From: a virus
Lineage: Duplodnaviria; Heunggongvirae; Uroviricota; Caudoviricetes
Length of the DNA stretch: 64,000 nucleotides
IMG/VR virus record: IMGVR_UViG_3300017917_001353
Coordinates: 38,545-102,544 of that record
Reading direction: 5' to 3' (one strand)
The notes beneath the pieces are model-generated. The model saw nothing but the letters and a program-made list of their open reading frames with translations, was not told where the DNA came from and searched no databases. The translations under genes and the position numbers were made by a program. Shown one piece after another: positions 55,980 to 64,000 of this stretch. Each line of letters starts with the position of its first letter. Within the stretch, counting starts at the first letter, position 1.

Positions 55980-56255
55980 ATGACTCATTATACAAACACA
56001 AATAATCCTATCGACTTTCCAAAAATGGAATATATTTGGGAAGCCGAACTAGATGGCAAATATCATTGTTCAGTGGTACGTATTAACAAGCGTGGAGGAA
56101 ATCTGCGTCTAGTTGATACTACTACTGGTCGTGAACTGCTTAATCAAGATGTGGGCCTGCTCTACGGAGCACAGTTTGGTCCGGACGTAGAAGACGTTGC
56201 CAAATGGCAAAGTATCTGCGCCGCTGTTGTAGACAGGGACCAAAAAAATGCTTAA
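55980..56255 (+). CDS. hypothetical protein
   Basis: 91 aa. Confidence 0.3.
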   Translation: MTHYTNTNNPIDFPKMEYIWEAELDGKYHCSVVRINKRGGNLRLVDTTTGRELLNQDVGLLYGAQFGPDVEDVAKWQSICAAVVDRDQKNA

Positions 56256-56733
56256 ACATACAAAAGGCGATCTGTTGAAAATGGCTGAACAAGGCCAGTT
56301 CAATATTATCATGCACGGTTGCAACTGCCATAACACAATGGGCAGTGGTATTGCTCGGCAGATTCGTGAGCAGTATCCTCAGGCCTATGAAGCAGACAGT
56401 CTTACCAAGCCTGGCGACAAAACTAAGCTCGGTACAATTACTGTATCTTTGGCTAACAATCAAGTCGGTGGAAAATTTGTAATTGTTAATGCTTATACAC
56501 AGTACGATTTTAATCGAGGCGGTGTTACAAATGATGTATTCGAATACGATGCATTCCAAAACATCCTGAACGGTTTTGCTAGAGATGCAGGACCTAGTAT
56601 GCAAATTGGTCTTCCATATATTGGTATGGGCCTTGCAGGCGGCGACAAAGAAAGAATTTTGGCAATGATTGAAGACTTTGCCAATAAGGTTTCGGCAAAA
56701 GGTGGCAGTGTCACTTTAGTCGAATTTGGTTGA
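56248..56733 (+). CDS. macro-domain (ADP-ribose binding/processing) protein
   Basis: FNIIMHGCNCHNTMGSGIARQIREQYP resembles the macro-domain N(A)AN...GGGV..AI motif. 161 aa. Confidence 0.5.
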   Translation: MLKHTKGDLLKMAEQGQFNIIMHGCNCHNTMGSGIARQIREQYPQAYEADSLTKPGDKTKLGTITVSLANNQVGGKFVIVNAYTQYDFNRGGVTNDVFEYDAFQNILNGFARDAGPSMQIGLPYIGMGLAGGDKERILAMIEDFANKVSAKGGSVTLVEFG

Positions 56734-56812
56734 CATCTAGATGGGCTAGGTGTTATACTATAAACAAGTCCTAGAGATAGACTCCGGGCATAACAAGTAA
56801 AGGAAATTTACT

Positions 56813-58207
56813 ATGAAACTCGCAAAAAACATTCTATTGAACACTGACTCGTACAAAGTGAGTATGTTCAAACAATATCCTGCAGGAACTACAGGTGTAT
56901 ATTCGTATATCGAAAGTCGGGGTGGACGCTACGATAGAACTGTATTCTTCGGACTACAGGCTTTTATCAAAGAATACCTATGCGTACCTATCACGCAGTC
57001 GGACATTGACATTGCTGATGAGATCCTTACCGCACACGGTGAGCCTTTCAACCGAGCAGGATGGCAGTACATTCTTGATAAGCACAATGGATACCTCCCT
57101 GTGGTTATCCGAGCAGTTCCAGAAGGCACCGTGGTTCCTGTCAAAAATGTCCTTGCCACAATCGAAAACACTGATCCAGAATGCTTCTGGCTAACCACTT
57201 GGCTAGAAACTGCTCTGCTTCGTGCTATTTGGTATCCTACTACTGTAGCAACTCAAAGTTGGACTATCCGCCAACTGATCCTAGACTATTTGGAGAAAAC
57301 TGGTGATCCAACTCTTATTGATTTTAAACTTCACGACTTTGGTGCTCGTGGTGTTAGCAGTCTTGAATCTGCTAGTATCGGCGGCGCGGCGCACTTGGTT
57401 AACTTTATGGGCACTGATACTATCTCTGGTATTCTGTTTGCCCGTGAGTATTACGGCGCTGGTGTTGCTGGTTTCTCAATCCCTGCCGCAGAACACAGCA
57501 CCATCACAAGTTGGGGACGAGATAGAGAAGTTGATGCATACCGCAATATGCTCACCAATTTCGCTAAGCCAGGAAGCATTGTGGCTATTGTGTCAGATTC
57601 CTATGACATCTACAACGCCGCCGGAAGACTCTGGGGAGAAGAACTTAGGCAACAGGTTATTGACTCGGGCGCCACTGTTGTAATTCGTCCCGACAGTGGT
57701 GATCCTGTAGAAGTTAACCGCAACCTAATCCAACTGCTGGACAGCAAGTTTGGGAGTACTGTAAATGCCAAAGGCTTCAAAGTCCTCAACAACGTCCGCC
57801 TCATCCAAGGCGACGGAGTCAACGAACTTACTATCCGTTCTATTCTTGGTGCTTTTATGGCCCTTGGCTACAGTGCCGATAATATCGCTTTTGGTATGGG
57901 CGGCGCCCTGCTACAGCAAGTGGATCGCGACACTCAAAAGTTTGCTATGAAGTGTTCGTCTGCACAGGTCAACGGTGAATGGATTGATGTGCAAAAAGAT
58001 CCTGCTACTGACCCTGGCAAAAAGAGTAAGGCAGGTCGTGTTGTTCTTTGGGAATCCGGCGGCGAATATCGTTCGGGTGTTGAACAACCAAAAGGGTGGA
58101 CTGACCGTGGCACGATGTGGAACGAAGTTCTCGAAACTGTTTATTGTGACGGAGAACTCCTTAACGAAATCACATTCGAGCAAGTTCGGGCTAACGCAAA
58201 GGCCTAA
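56813..58207 (+). CDS. nadV: nicotinamide phosphoribosyltransferase (Nampt/NadV)
   Basis: 464 aa. LLNTDSYKVSMFKQYP N-terminus and conserved Nampt blocks (FGARGVSS, GTDT, DSYD). Confidence 0.85.
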   Translation: MKLAKNILLNTDSYKVSMFKQYPAGTTGVYSYIESRGGRYDRTVFFGLQAFIKEYLCVPITQSDIDIADEILTAHGEPFNRAGWQYILDKHNGYLPVVIRAVPEGTVVPVKNVLATIENTDPECFWLTTWLETALLRAIWYPTTVATQSWTIRQLILDYLEKTGDPTLIDFKLHDFGARGVSSLESASIGGAAHLVNFMGTDTISGILFAREYYGAGVAGFSIPAAEHSTITSWGRDREVDAYRNMLTNFAKPGSIVAIVSDSYDIYNAAGRLWGEELRQQVIDSGATVVIRPDSGDPVEVNRNLIQLLDSKFGSTVNAKGFKVLNNVRLIQGDGVNELTIRSILGAFMALGYSADNIAFGMGGALLQQVDRDTQKFAMKCSSAQVNGEWIDVQKDPATDPGKKSKAGRVVLWESGGEYRSGVEQPKGWTDRGTMWNEVLETVYCDGELLNEITFEQVRANAKA

Positions 58208-58214
58208 AAACTAA

Positions 58215-58252
58215 CAAGGGGTCTAGACAACCCCTTGTTTTTATTGTATAAT
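58215..58252 (+). terminator. terminator hairpin carrying a -35 hexamer in its loop, fused to a -10 (TAGACA-17-TATAAT)
   Basis: aagggg-tctagac-aacccctt hairpin plus TTTTT. TAGACA 58224-29, 17 nt, TATAAT 58247-52. Confidence 0.5.
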
Positions 58253-58283
58253 TTTATATATCAACAACACACTGAAGAAACAA

Positions 58284-59381
58284 ATGAGTTACTTTCTTAA
58301 ATCTGGCGCAACTTTCAAGGTAGCAACTAAGGAGAGCATGGATCTCCATGAAGCTCTGCCTGCCGGTAACTATACCGTCAAATTTGACAAGATGGGTGGT
58401 TACTTCTATCTCGAATCCATTGACGGGTTTGAGATCAAAGGTAAGGTCTACGGTGATACTCGCAAGCAGGCACAGCGTATTCTTAATACCTTTGACGACC
58501 GTACAACTTCGACTGGTATTATGCTCACTGGCGAAAAGGGTTCGGGTAAGACTCTGCTGGCTAAGATGCTGAGTATTGAAGCGGCTAAACAAGGTGTTCC
58601 TACTATCGTTATCAATGCACCTTGGTGCGGCGACGAGTTCAATGCATTCCTGCAGATGATCGAGCAGCCTACTGTCATTCTCTTTGACGAGTTTGAAAAG
58701 GTCTATGATCGTGAAGATCAGGAAAAGATGCTGACTCTGCTGGACGGTGTTTACCCTAGCAAGAAACTGTTCATCCTGACCTGTAACGACAAGTGGCGTG
58801 TAAACGAACACATGCGTAACCGTCCTGGTCGTATCTACTACATGATGGATTACAAGGGCCTGGAGCACGACTTCATTGTAGAATACTGCATGGATAATCT
58901 GGATGCTACTGAGCACATTCCTACTATCTGCCGTATTGCTACTCTGTTCGATCAGTTTAACTTTGACATGCTCAAAGCAATGGTTGAAGAAATGAACCGC
59001 TACGATGAGACACCTCAACAGGTTATGAAGATGCTGAATGCTCGTCCTGAGTTCAGTGGAGAAACTCGTTACAAGGTTGACCTGCAGATCAAAGGAATCG
59101 ACATTCCTGAAAAGGATGCAGATACTGAATGGGTTGGCAACCCGCTTACTCAACAGGTCAGTATTGACTACAAGGTTTGGGACACTGAGCCTCCACTAGA
59201 CAGTGATGGCCCCGAGGCTGTAGTCAGTCGTGACTTTGATTGGGAGTGTGCCCGTTTCGTTGGACAAGACCTTAAACAGGTCGACGCCCAAAACGGTAAG
59301 TTCGTGTTCATGAACGAAAGTGGAGATCGTTGCGTACTGCAAAAGGTGCGTGAACGCAGTTACCACTGGGATGCGTTCTAA
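58284..59381 (+). CDS. AAA+ ATPase (MoxR/CobS-like)
   Basis: Walker A GEKGSGKT, Walker B ILFDEFEK, sensor LTCND, Arg motif RPGRIY. 365 aa. Confidence 0.55.
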   Translation: MSYFLKSGATFKVATKESMDLHEALPAGNYTVKFDKMGGYFYLESIDGFEIKGKVYGDTRKQAQRILNTFDDRTTSTGIMLTGEKGSGKTLLAKMLSIEAAKQGVPTIVINAPWCGDEFNAFLQMIEQPTVILFDEFEKVYDREDQEKMLTLLDGVYPSKKLFILTCNDKWRVNEHMRNRPGRIYYMMDYKGLEHDFIVEYCMDNLDATEHIPTICRIATLFDQFNFDMLKAMVEEMNRYDETPQQVMKMLNARPEFSGETRYKVDLQIKGIDIPEKDADTEWVGNPLTQQVSIDYKVWDTEPPLDSDGPEAVVSRDFDWECARFVGQDLKQVDAQNGKFVFMNESGDRCVLQKVRERSYHWDAF

Positions 59382-59403
59382 TCCAAATTTTGGATTAACC
59401 GAA

Positions 59404-59440
59404 ACCGGCTCTTGACAGGGCCGGTTTTTTCTTGTATAAT
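59404..59440 (+). terminator. terminator hairpin carrying TTGACA in its loop, fused to TATAAT (TTGACA-17-TATAAT)
   Basis: aaccggct-cttgaca-gggccggtt plus TTTTTT. TTGACA 59412-17, TATAAT 59435-40. Preceded by palindrome aatccaaattttggatt. Confidence 0.5.
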
Positions 59441-59478
59441 ATATACATACAGACAAACACACTACTGAAAGGTACCAA

Positions 59479-61662
59479 ATGATTCTTAACAATGCTCCTG
59501 CTAACGAAGCCATTGTTTCCAATGTTGGCGAAATCGGCGAATTCCGTATTCGCAACAGTGCCAAAGCGTTTAACATTTTGTCCAGCGGTCTGTACGCTAA
59601 CAAGATCCGCGCAATTATTCGCGAACTGAGTTGCAATGCTGTGGATAGCCACACTGCCGCAGGTCGTGTTGATACTCCGTTTGATGTTCACCTGCCCAAT
59701 ACACTGGAGCCGCATTTCAGCATTCGCGACTATGGTACTGGCTTGAGTCACGCACAGGTTACCAACATCTATACTACTTACTTCGAATCTACCAAAACGG
59801 ACTCTAATTCGTTCATTGGTGCGCTCGGACTGGGCAGTAAGAGTCCGTTCAGTTATACCGACAACTTCACCGTAACCGCTATCCAAAACGGTCGCAAAGG
59901 TATCTACACTGCTTTCATTAACGAGCACGGTGTGCCTAGCATCGCGCTGATGATGGAAGAAGCCACTGACGAGCCTGCAGGTGTTGAAGTTAAATTCGGT
60001 GTTAACGACCGCTATGACTTCAACAAGTTCCGCGAAGAAGCTCGTAATGTCTATAAGCACTTTACTCTGAAGCCGGTGGTTTCTGGCAACAGTGACTTTA
60101 CTTTTGAATTAGTAGACTACGAAAGCAAGGACATCATTCCCGGTGTTCATGCGCTCAAGAGCGGTAGCCACCGTAGCGTGGCTGTTATGGGTAATATTGC
60201 TTACCCAATCGAACTGCCTGCCGGTAGCGACATCGGCGGCCTGAACAACCTGCTGACCTGCGGTCTAGAACTGCACTTTGATATTGGCGAATTGGATTTC
60301 CAGGCTAGCCGTGAAGGTCTGAGCTACATCCCTAGCACGGTCGAAGCCATTAAGCGTAAGTTGGAAGCACTGAACTCTGCATTGTCAGTGGTTATTGCTC
60401 GCGAAGCAAACGCCATCGGCAACCTGTGGGATCGTGCTGTGTTTCTTGCCAAGAAGAAAGAAGTCCGCCTGTGGACCACTGCTGTAGCAGAATATGCTAA
60501 GACTGCTAACCTGCCTACTTACGATGCTACCCACAAATACGGCCCTCGCTGTACTACGTTCAGTCTTAAAGTTGAAGACCTTGCCAAGAACTGGAACATT
60601 CAAATTAAACTGTTGGAACAGAGTCGTGGTAGTAAGAGTATCAAGAACGGTAAGAGTTCTACTGAGTATGCCGATGATCATGCTAAGGACGCCAACGGAC
60701 ATTACATTACTTGGCAGGCATGGAACATCACTGTAGATGCAGACAGCCATTTTATTGTCAACGATACTAAGATCGGTGGCGCAGGTCGTGTTGGCTATCA
60801 CTACCGTGAGGTTGGCTGTACTGCCTACCACCGTAAACTGTGGATTCTGGAAAAGGCCGACAAGTCCAAGGATATGGATCTCAAGGCATTCTTTACTGCC
60901 CTGCACTTTCCTCCTTCGGATCGTTGTTTTGTTGTCAGCGACCTGAAGCAGAAGACTCGCGAAAGTGTTGCTAAGAACGTGACTATTATGAAGTTAGAGC
61001 GCCGCGGCGGCAGTGGATATCGCCGTAGTGACGATGACATGGTGTGGCGTGATGCTGGCGATACTAGCACCTTCGATGCTACTCAGACCTACTACTATGT
61101 TCCGTTGAGTGGCTTCTTTATGGAGAGCAAGAAAGGCTATGGGTCTGGCAAAGAACTCTACGAAGATGTTAAGAGCCTGCCTGGTCTGTTCAATGGTGAG
61201 ATCTATGGTGTCCGTAAAAAGGATATCGAGGATATCAAACTGCGTAAGAATTGGGTAAACTTTGAAGACCATATTACTGCTGTGCTGAATGCCAAAGACA
61301 CTAGCAAGCTCTTGATGGGCATTGTTAAGAGTCGGTTGGACAATGCAGATATTCTGAATATCGAAAGTCATGCTCTGCTGGAACTTATTGAGAACGCTAA
61401 CAGCCCTTACAAGAAGTTGGTAGAAGTTTTCCGTAAGGTCGAAAAGCCTAGCCATAACACTTATCGAGTTGAAAATCTGTTCCGCAAGTTTGCCCCTAAC
61501 GCAAATTTGGATCCGTCTACTTTGGTTACTAAGTATCAAAACGAACTGCGTAGTGTTAACAACCGTTACCCGCTACTGACTCGTTTGAACAGTTATCGTG
61601 TTAACGCACATGATGTGGCCGAGTACATCAACTTGATCGATGCTAAGAAAGGCGTAGAATGA
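59479..61662 (+). CDS. rIIA: rIIA-like protein with N-terminal GHKL (Hsp90/MutL-type Bergerat) ATPase domain
   Basis: LYANKIRAIIRELSCNAVDS (N-box, as in Hsp90 YSNKEIFLRELISNASDA), IRDYGTGLS (G1), IGALGLGSKSPFSY (G2). 727 aa, the size of T4 rIIA (725 aa). Confidence 0.5.
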   Translation: MILNNAPANEAIVSNVGEIGEFRIRNSAKAFNILSSGLYANKIRAIIRELSCNAVDSHTAAGRVDTPFDVHLPNTLEPHFSIRDYGTGLSHAQVTNIYTTYFESTKTDSNSFIGALGLGSKSPFSYTDNFTVTAIQNGRKGIYTAFINEHGVPSIALMMEEATDEPAGVEVKFGVNDRYDFNKFREEARNVYKHFTLKPVVSGNSDFTFELVDYESKDIIPGVHALKSGSHRSVAVMGNIAYPIELPAGSDIGGLNNLLTCGLELHFDIGELDFQASREGLSYIPSTVEAIKRKLEALNSALSVVIAREANAIGNLWDRAVFLAKKKEVRLWTTAVAEYAKTANLPTYDATHKYGPRCTTFSLKVEDLAKNWNIQIKLLEQSRGSKSIKNGKSSTEYADDHAKDANGHYITWQAWNITVDADSHFIVNDTKIGGAGRVGYHYREVGCTAYHRKLWILEKADKSKDMDLKAFFTALHFPPSDRCFVVSDLKQKTRESVAKNVTIMKLERRGGSGYRRSDDDMVWRDAGDTSTFDATQTYYYVPLSGFFMESKKGYGSGKELYEDVKSLPGLFNGEIYGVRKKDIEDIKLRKNWVNFEDHITAVLNAKDTSKLLMGIVKSRLDNADILNIESHALLELIENANSPYKKLVEVFRKVEKPSHNTYRVENLFRKFAPNANLDPSTLVTKYQNELRSVNNRYPLLTRLNSYRVNAHDVAEYINLIDAKKGVE

Positions 61663-62093
61663 GAGAGTATATTAACATTGTAGAAGGCAAAGGAATCACC
61701 GACGAATGGTTCAAGACTGGCGGATTTCAAGCGTTCAAGGTTCCTGCCAAAGAACGCTATGAAATCGCCGGAGTGCCTGGCACCATCGAAACGCTGGAGG
61801 GCCCAGTCAAGTATCCTGCGGGCTACTACATTATGACCGGACCAAAAGGTGAACAGTATCCAATTAGTCCAGAAAAGTTCAAAGAACTCAAAGACGATTT
61901 GGGTAACGGTGTATGCACACCAAAGAAGATTATCAAACTGGCTAAGGTTGCAGATCACTCCGGAACGGTTGACACATCCTGGGGAGAGAAGTTAAACTAT
62001 AATCCTGAAGTCGATGTTATTGTTCGTCACGGTCCAAACGACTATGGCGTAGTCAAGAAAGAAATTTTTCAACAAACTTACGAAAGAATTTAA
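61659..62093 (+). CDS. hypothetical protein
   Basis: 144 aa coupled ORF. Confidence 0.3.
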   Translation: MREYINIVEGKGITDEWFKTGGFQAFKVPAKERYEIAGVPGTIETLEGPVKYPAGYYIMTGPKGEQYPISPEKFKELKDDLGNGVCTPKKIIKLAKVADHSGTVDTSWGEKLNYNPEVDVIVRHGPNDYGVVKKEIFQQTYERI

Positions 62094-62094
62094 A

Positions 62095-63060
62095 ATGAGT
62101 TATCCGTTTATTGTTCAAGGCACCAACGTAACTGTGGTTATCGATGGCAAGCCGCATACCGTTGCTAAAGCCCACCCTACTTACCAAAAGGTAGTCGATG
62201 CCATTAAGGCAGGCGAGTGGGACAAGGTTAAGCAGATCATTGACCCTGTTAAGGTTGTTCTCAACTATGGCAAGGGTAATGTGTCTATCCAAGGCGACAA
62301 ACTGTTTTGGAAAGGCGAGCCCTTTGCAGGCGTACTGGCTACTCGAATGATCGCAATGCTGGAAGATGGATTTAGCATTGAGCCCATGGTTAATTTCATG
62401 GAAAACTTGATGACTAACCCTAGTAAGCGAGCAGTCACTGAGCTCTATGGCTTCTTGGAAAAGAACAACCTGCCGCTGACTCCAGACGGTCACTTCCTGG
62501 CTTACAAGAAAGTGCGTCGTGACTTCAAGGATATCCATTCGGGCACTATGGACAATAGTCCGGGTACCATTGTAGAAATGGAACGTAACCAAGTTGACGA
62601 CAACAAGGACGTTACCTGCTCCACTGGCCTGCACTTTTGTGGTCTGAGCTACCTGCCTCACTTTGGCGGCAGTGATAGCCGAATTGTTATCGTCAAGATC
62701 AACCCCCGAGATGTTGTTAGCATTCCAAGTGACTACAACGGTGCAAAGGGTCGTGCTTGCCGATACGAAGTTATTGGTGAAATGGGCGTTAGTGCAGAAG
62801 ATGCTTTTGACAAGCCTGTTCAAACCAATGCTAATGGTACCACTACAGTGTCGGCCGCAAAGCCCGCAGTTGATCCTCGTGTCGCAGGGCTTCCGCAGGA
62901 ATACGACAAGAACGGTAATCCTCTGAGCATGACTTGGGATGCTGTTCGTAAGCGTCGGGCTCGTAAGGCCGCTCTGGCTAATTTGGAAAAGCGTACCCAA
63001 ACACCGTCGGCTCCTACTGGTAGTGCAGGTGCTTGGCCCTTTCCGACAGGTAACCGATGA
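62095..63060 (+). CDS. possible rIIB-like protein
   Basis: 321 aa (T4 rIIB is 312 aa), positioned directly after the rIIA-like gene. No motif-level support. Confidence 0.25.
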   Translation: MSYPFIVQGTNVTVVIDGKPHTVAKAHPTYQKVVDAIKAGEWDKVKQIIDPVKVVLNYGKGNVSIQGDKLFWKGEPFAGVLATRMIAMLEDGFSIEPMVNFMENLMTNPSKRAVTELYGFLEKNNLPLTPDGHFLAYKKVRRDFKDIHSGTMDNSPGTIVEMERNQVDDNKDVTCSTGLHFCGLSYLPHFGGSDSRIVIVKINPRDVVSIPSDYNGAKGRACRYEVIGEMGVSAEDAFDKPVQTNANGTTTVSAAKPAVDPRVAGLPQEYDKNGNPLSMTWDAVRKRRARKAALANLEKRTQTPSAPTGSAGAWPFPTGNR

Positions 63061-63233
63061 TTAGAGTTGTATTCTTATTCGCCCTGCTGACCGCCCTGAT
63101 TTGGGGCGGTATTCTAGGAGTTCAAAAACTCACAGGAAAACAGGCATTGGACTTGACTAAAGGTTTTGTCTATGCTATAATTAGTTCATCAGTTGCAGTT
63201 GCACTGATGTTTATCTTGGTAGAACTTTTTTAA
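63057..63233 (+). CDS. small two-TM membrane protein
   Basis: 58 aa MIRVVFLFALLTALIWGGILG...VAVALMFILVELF. Confidence 0.3.
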   Translation: MIRVVFLFALLTALIWGGILGVQKLTGKQALDLTKGFVYAIISSSVAVALMFILVELF

Positions 63234-63245
63234 AGGAAATTTGAA

Positions 63246-64000
63246 ATGACGAAGCGTTTTGGTTTTATGGCTGCTGTTCTAGGTATGGCTGTTCTTGCAA
63301 CTGGTTGCACCCGTATTGAAACTGGCGAGGTTGGTGTCCGTGTTGGTTTTGACAAGCAGGTCAAACCGGGCGAACTGCTTCCTGGCTCTTTTAACCAGGT
63401 GCTAATCGGTGACGTTCTTACCTTCCCCGTCAAGGACGTTAATGTAGTTCTGGACAATATGACTCCTGTGGCCAAAGATAACTCAACTATGGCTGATTTG
63501 GATGCTGTGGTTGTTTACAACATCAATCAAAGTCAGGTTGCCGAACTCTACAGTTCCAAGAACAAGAGTTTCCACGCTGAACATAAGGGCGATGTTTACC
63601 TGATGTATAATTATGTCGTACAGAACGCACGTAACGCTATTTACAAGGCCGCACGTAAGTACGAAGCACTGGATATGGCAGACAACCGTACCGAGATGGA
63701 AGCATTCATCAAGGACGAGATTGTGAAGAACCTTGCTGAAGAAAAACTGGACGGCAGTATCAGCATCACGCAAGTTATGATTCGTAATGTTGTGCCTGCG
63801 GCTAGTGTAGTGGCTAGTGCTAATGATCTGGTTCGTGCTAAGAACGAACTCAAGCAGAAGGAAGTCGAAGTGAAGACTGCCGAAGCAGAATCGCGTCGTA
63901 TGGCTGCTCTGGCTAACAACAGTGCAAGTTCTATTGCATTTATGAACGCTCAGGCCGCACTTAACATCAGTGAAGGTATTAAGAACGGCAAGGTCCAGAC
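63246..64000 (+). CDS. SPFH (band-7/HflKC/prohibitin) domain lipoprotein, partial (runs off window)
   Basis: Lipobox LATGC after MTKRFGFMAAVLGMAV. GEVGVRVGFDKQ start of the SPFH domain. Coiled-coil tail. Confidence 0.5.
   Translation, partial: MTKRFGFMAAVLGMAVLATGCTRIETGEVGVRVGFDKQVKPGELLPGSFNQVLIGDVLTFPVKDVNVVLDNMTPVAKDNSTMADLDAVVVYNINQSQVAELYSSKNKSFHAEHKGDVYLMYNYVVQNARNAIYKAARKYEALDMADNRTEMEAFIKDEIVKNLAEEKLDGSISITQVMIRNVVPAASVVASANDLVRAKNELKQKEVEVKTAEAESRRMAALANNSASSIAFMNAQAALNISEGIKNGKVQ

Noticed and set aside
56895-58214. Multiple small ORFs on both strands within the Nampt gene
   Set aside because: They overlap a high-confidence conserved enzyme gene.
1-64000. CRISPR arrays, integrase/att sites, rRNA, transposases
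   Set aside because: No regularly spaced direct repeats were found beyond the collagen codon repeat. No integrase or recombinase motifs and no IS-like inverted repeats were found. This is consistent with a lytic phage fragment.

Overview
This window reads as a contiguous piece of a large, AT-rich (about 40% GC) tailed-phage genome, probably a T4-like marine myovirus infecting a Gram-negative host. The evidence is class Ia ribonucleotide reductase nrdA/nrdB plus an NrdC-like glutaredoxin, an rIIA-like GHKL ATPase followed by an rIIB-sized ORF, long tail-fibre genes (one with a collagen-like Gly-X-Y run), and many small tightly packed plus-strand ORFs with sigma70-like promoters and hairpin terminators. 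The host is inferred to be a diderm, probably a proteobacterium. This rests on a phage-encoded outer-membrane beta-barrel protein, several signal-peptide proteins (PstS, thermonuclease, a His-rich protein) and a proteobacterial-style Pho box upstream of pstS.

Recognisable auxiliary genes:
- NAD salvage: Nampt, NadM-Nudix and a macro-domain protein.
- Oxidative stress: an Fe/Mn-SOD-like protein and a peroxiredoxin with AhpD in one operon.
- TerC preceded by a yybP-ykoY-like Mn riboswitch.
- ClpX, ribosomal protein bS21, and a staphylococcal-type nuclease.

RNA genes:
- A circularly permuted (two-piece) tmRNA whose tag is ANDNVYALAA.
- An amber-suppressor-type tRNA (anticodon CUA) with a non-canonical D-arm.

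The most unusual region is a roughly 12 kb island (29.4-41.6 kb). It packs two Delta9-type membrane fatty-acid desaturases, an AcpP-like acyl carrier protein flanked by two GNAT acyltransferases, a PP-loop ATPase, a radical-SAM enzyme and at least eight cupin/AspH(LpxO/OlsC)-family hydroxylase paralogs. A holo-ACP synthase gene lies elsewhere in the window. This looks like a phage-borne oxygen-dependent lipid or acyl-chain modification pathway. No CRISPR arrays, integrases or rRNA were seen. All calls rest on motif reading by eye, with no database search.
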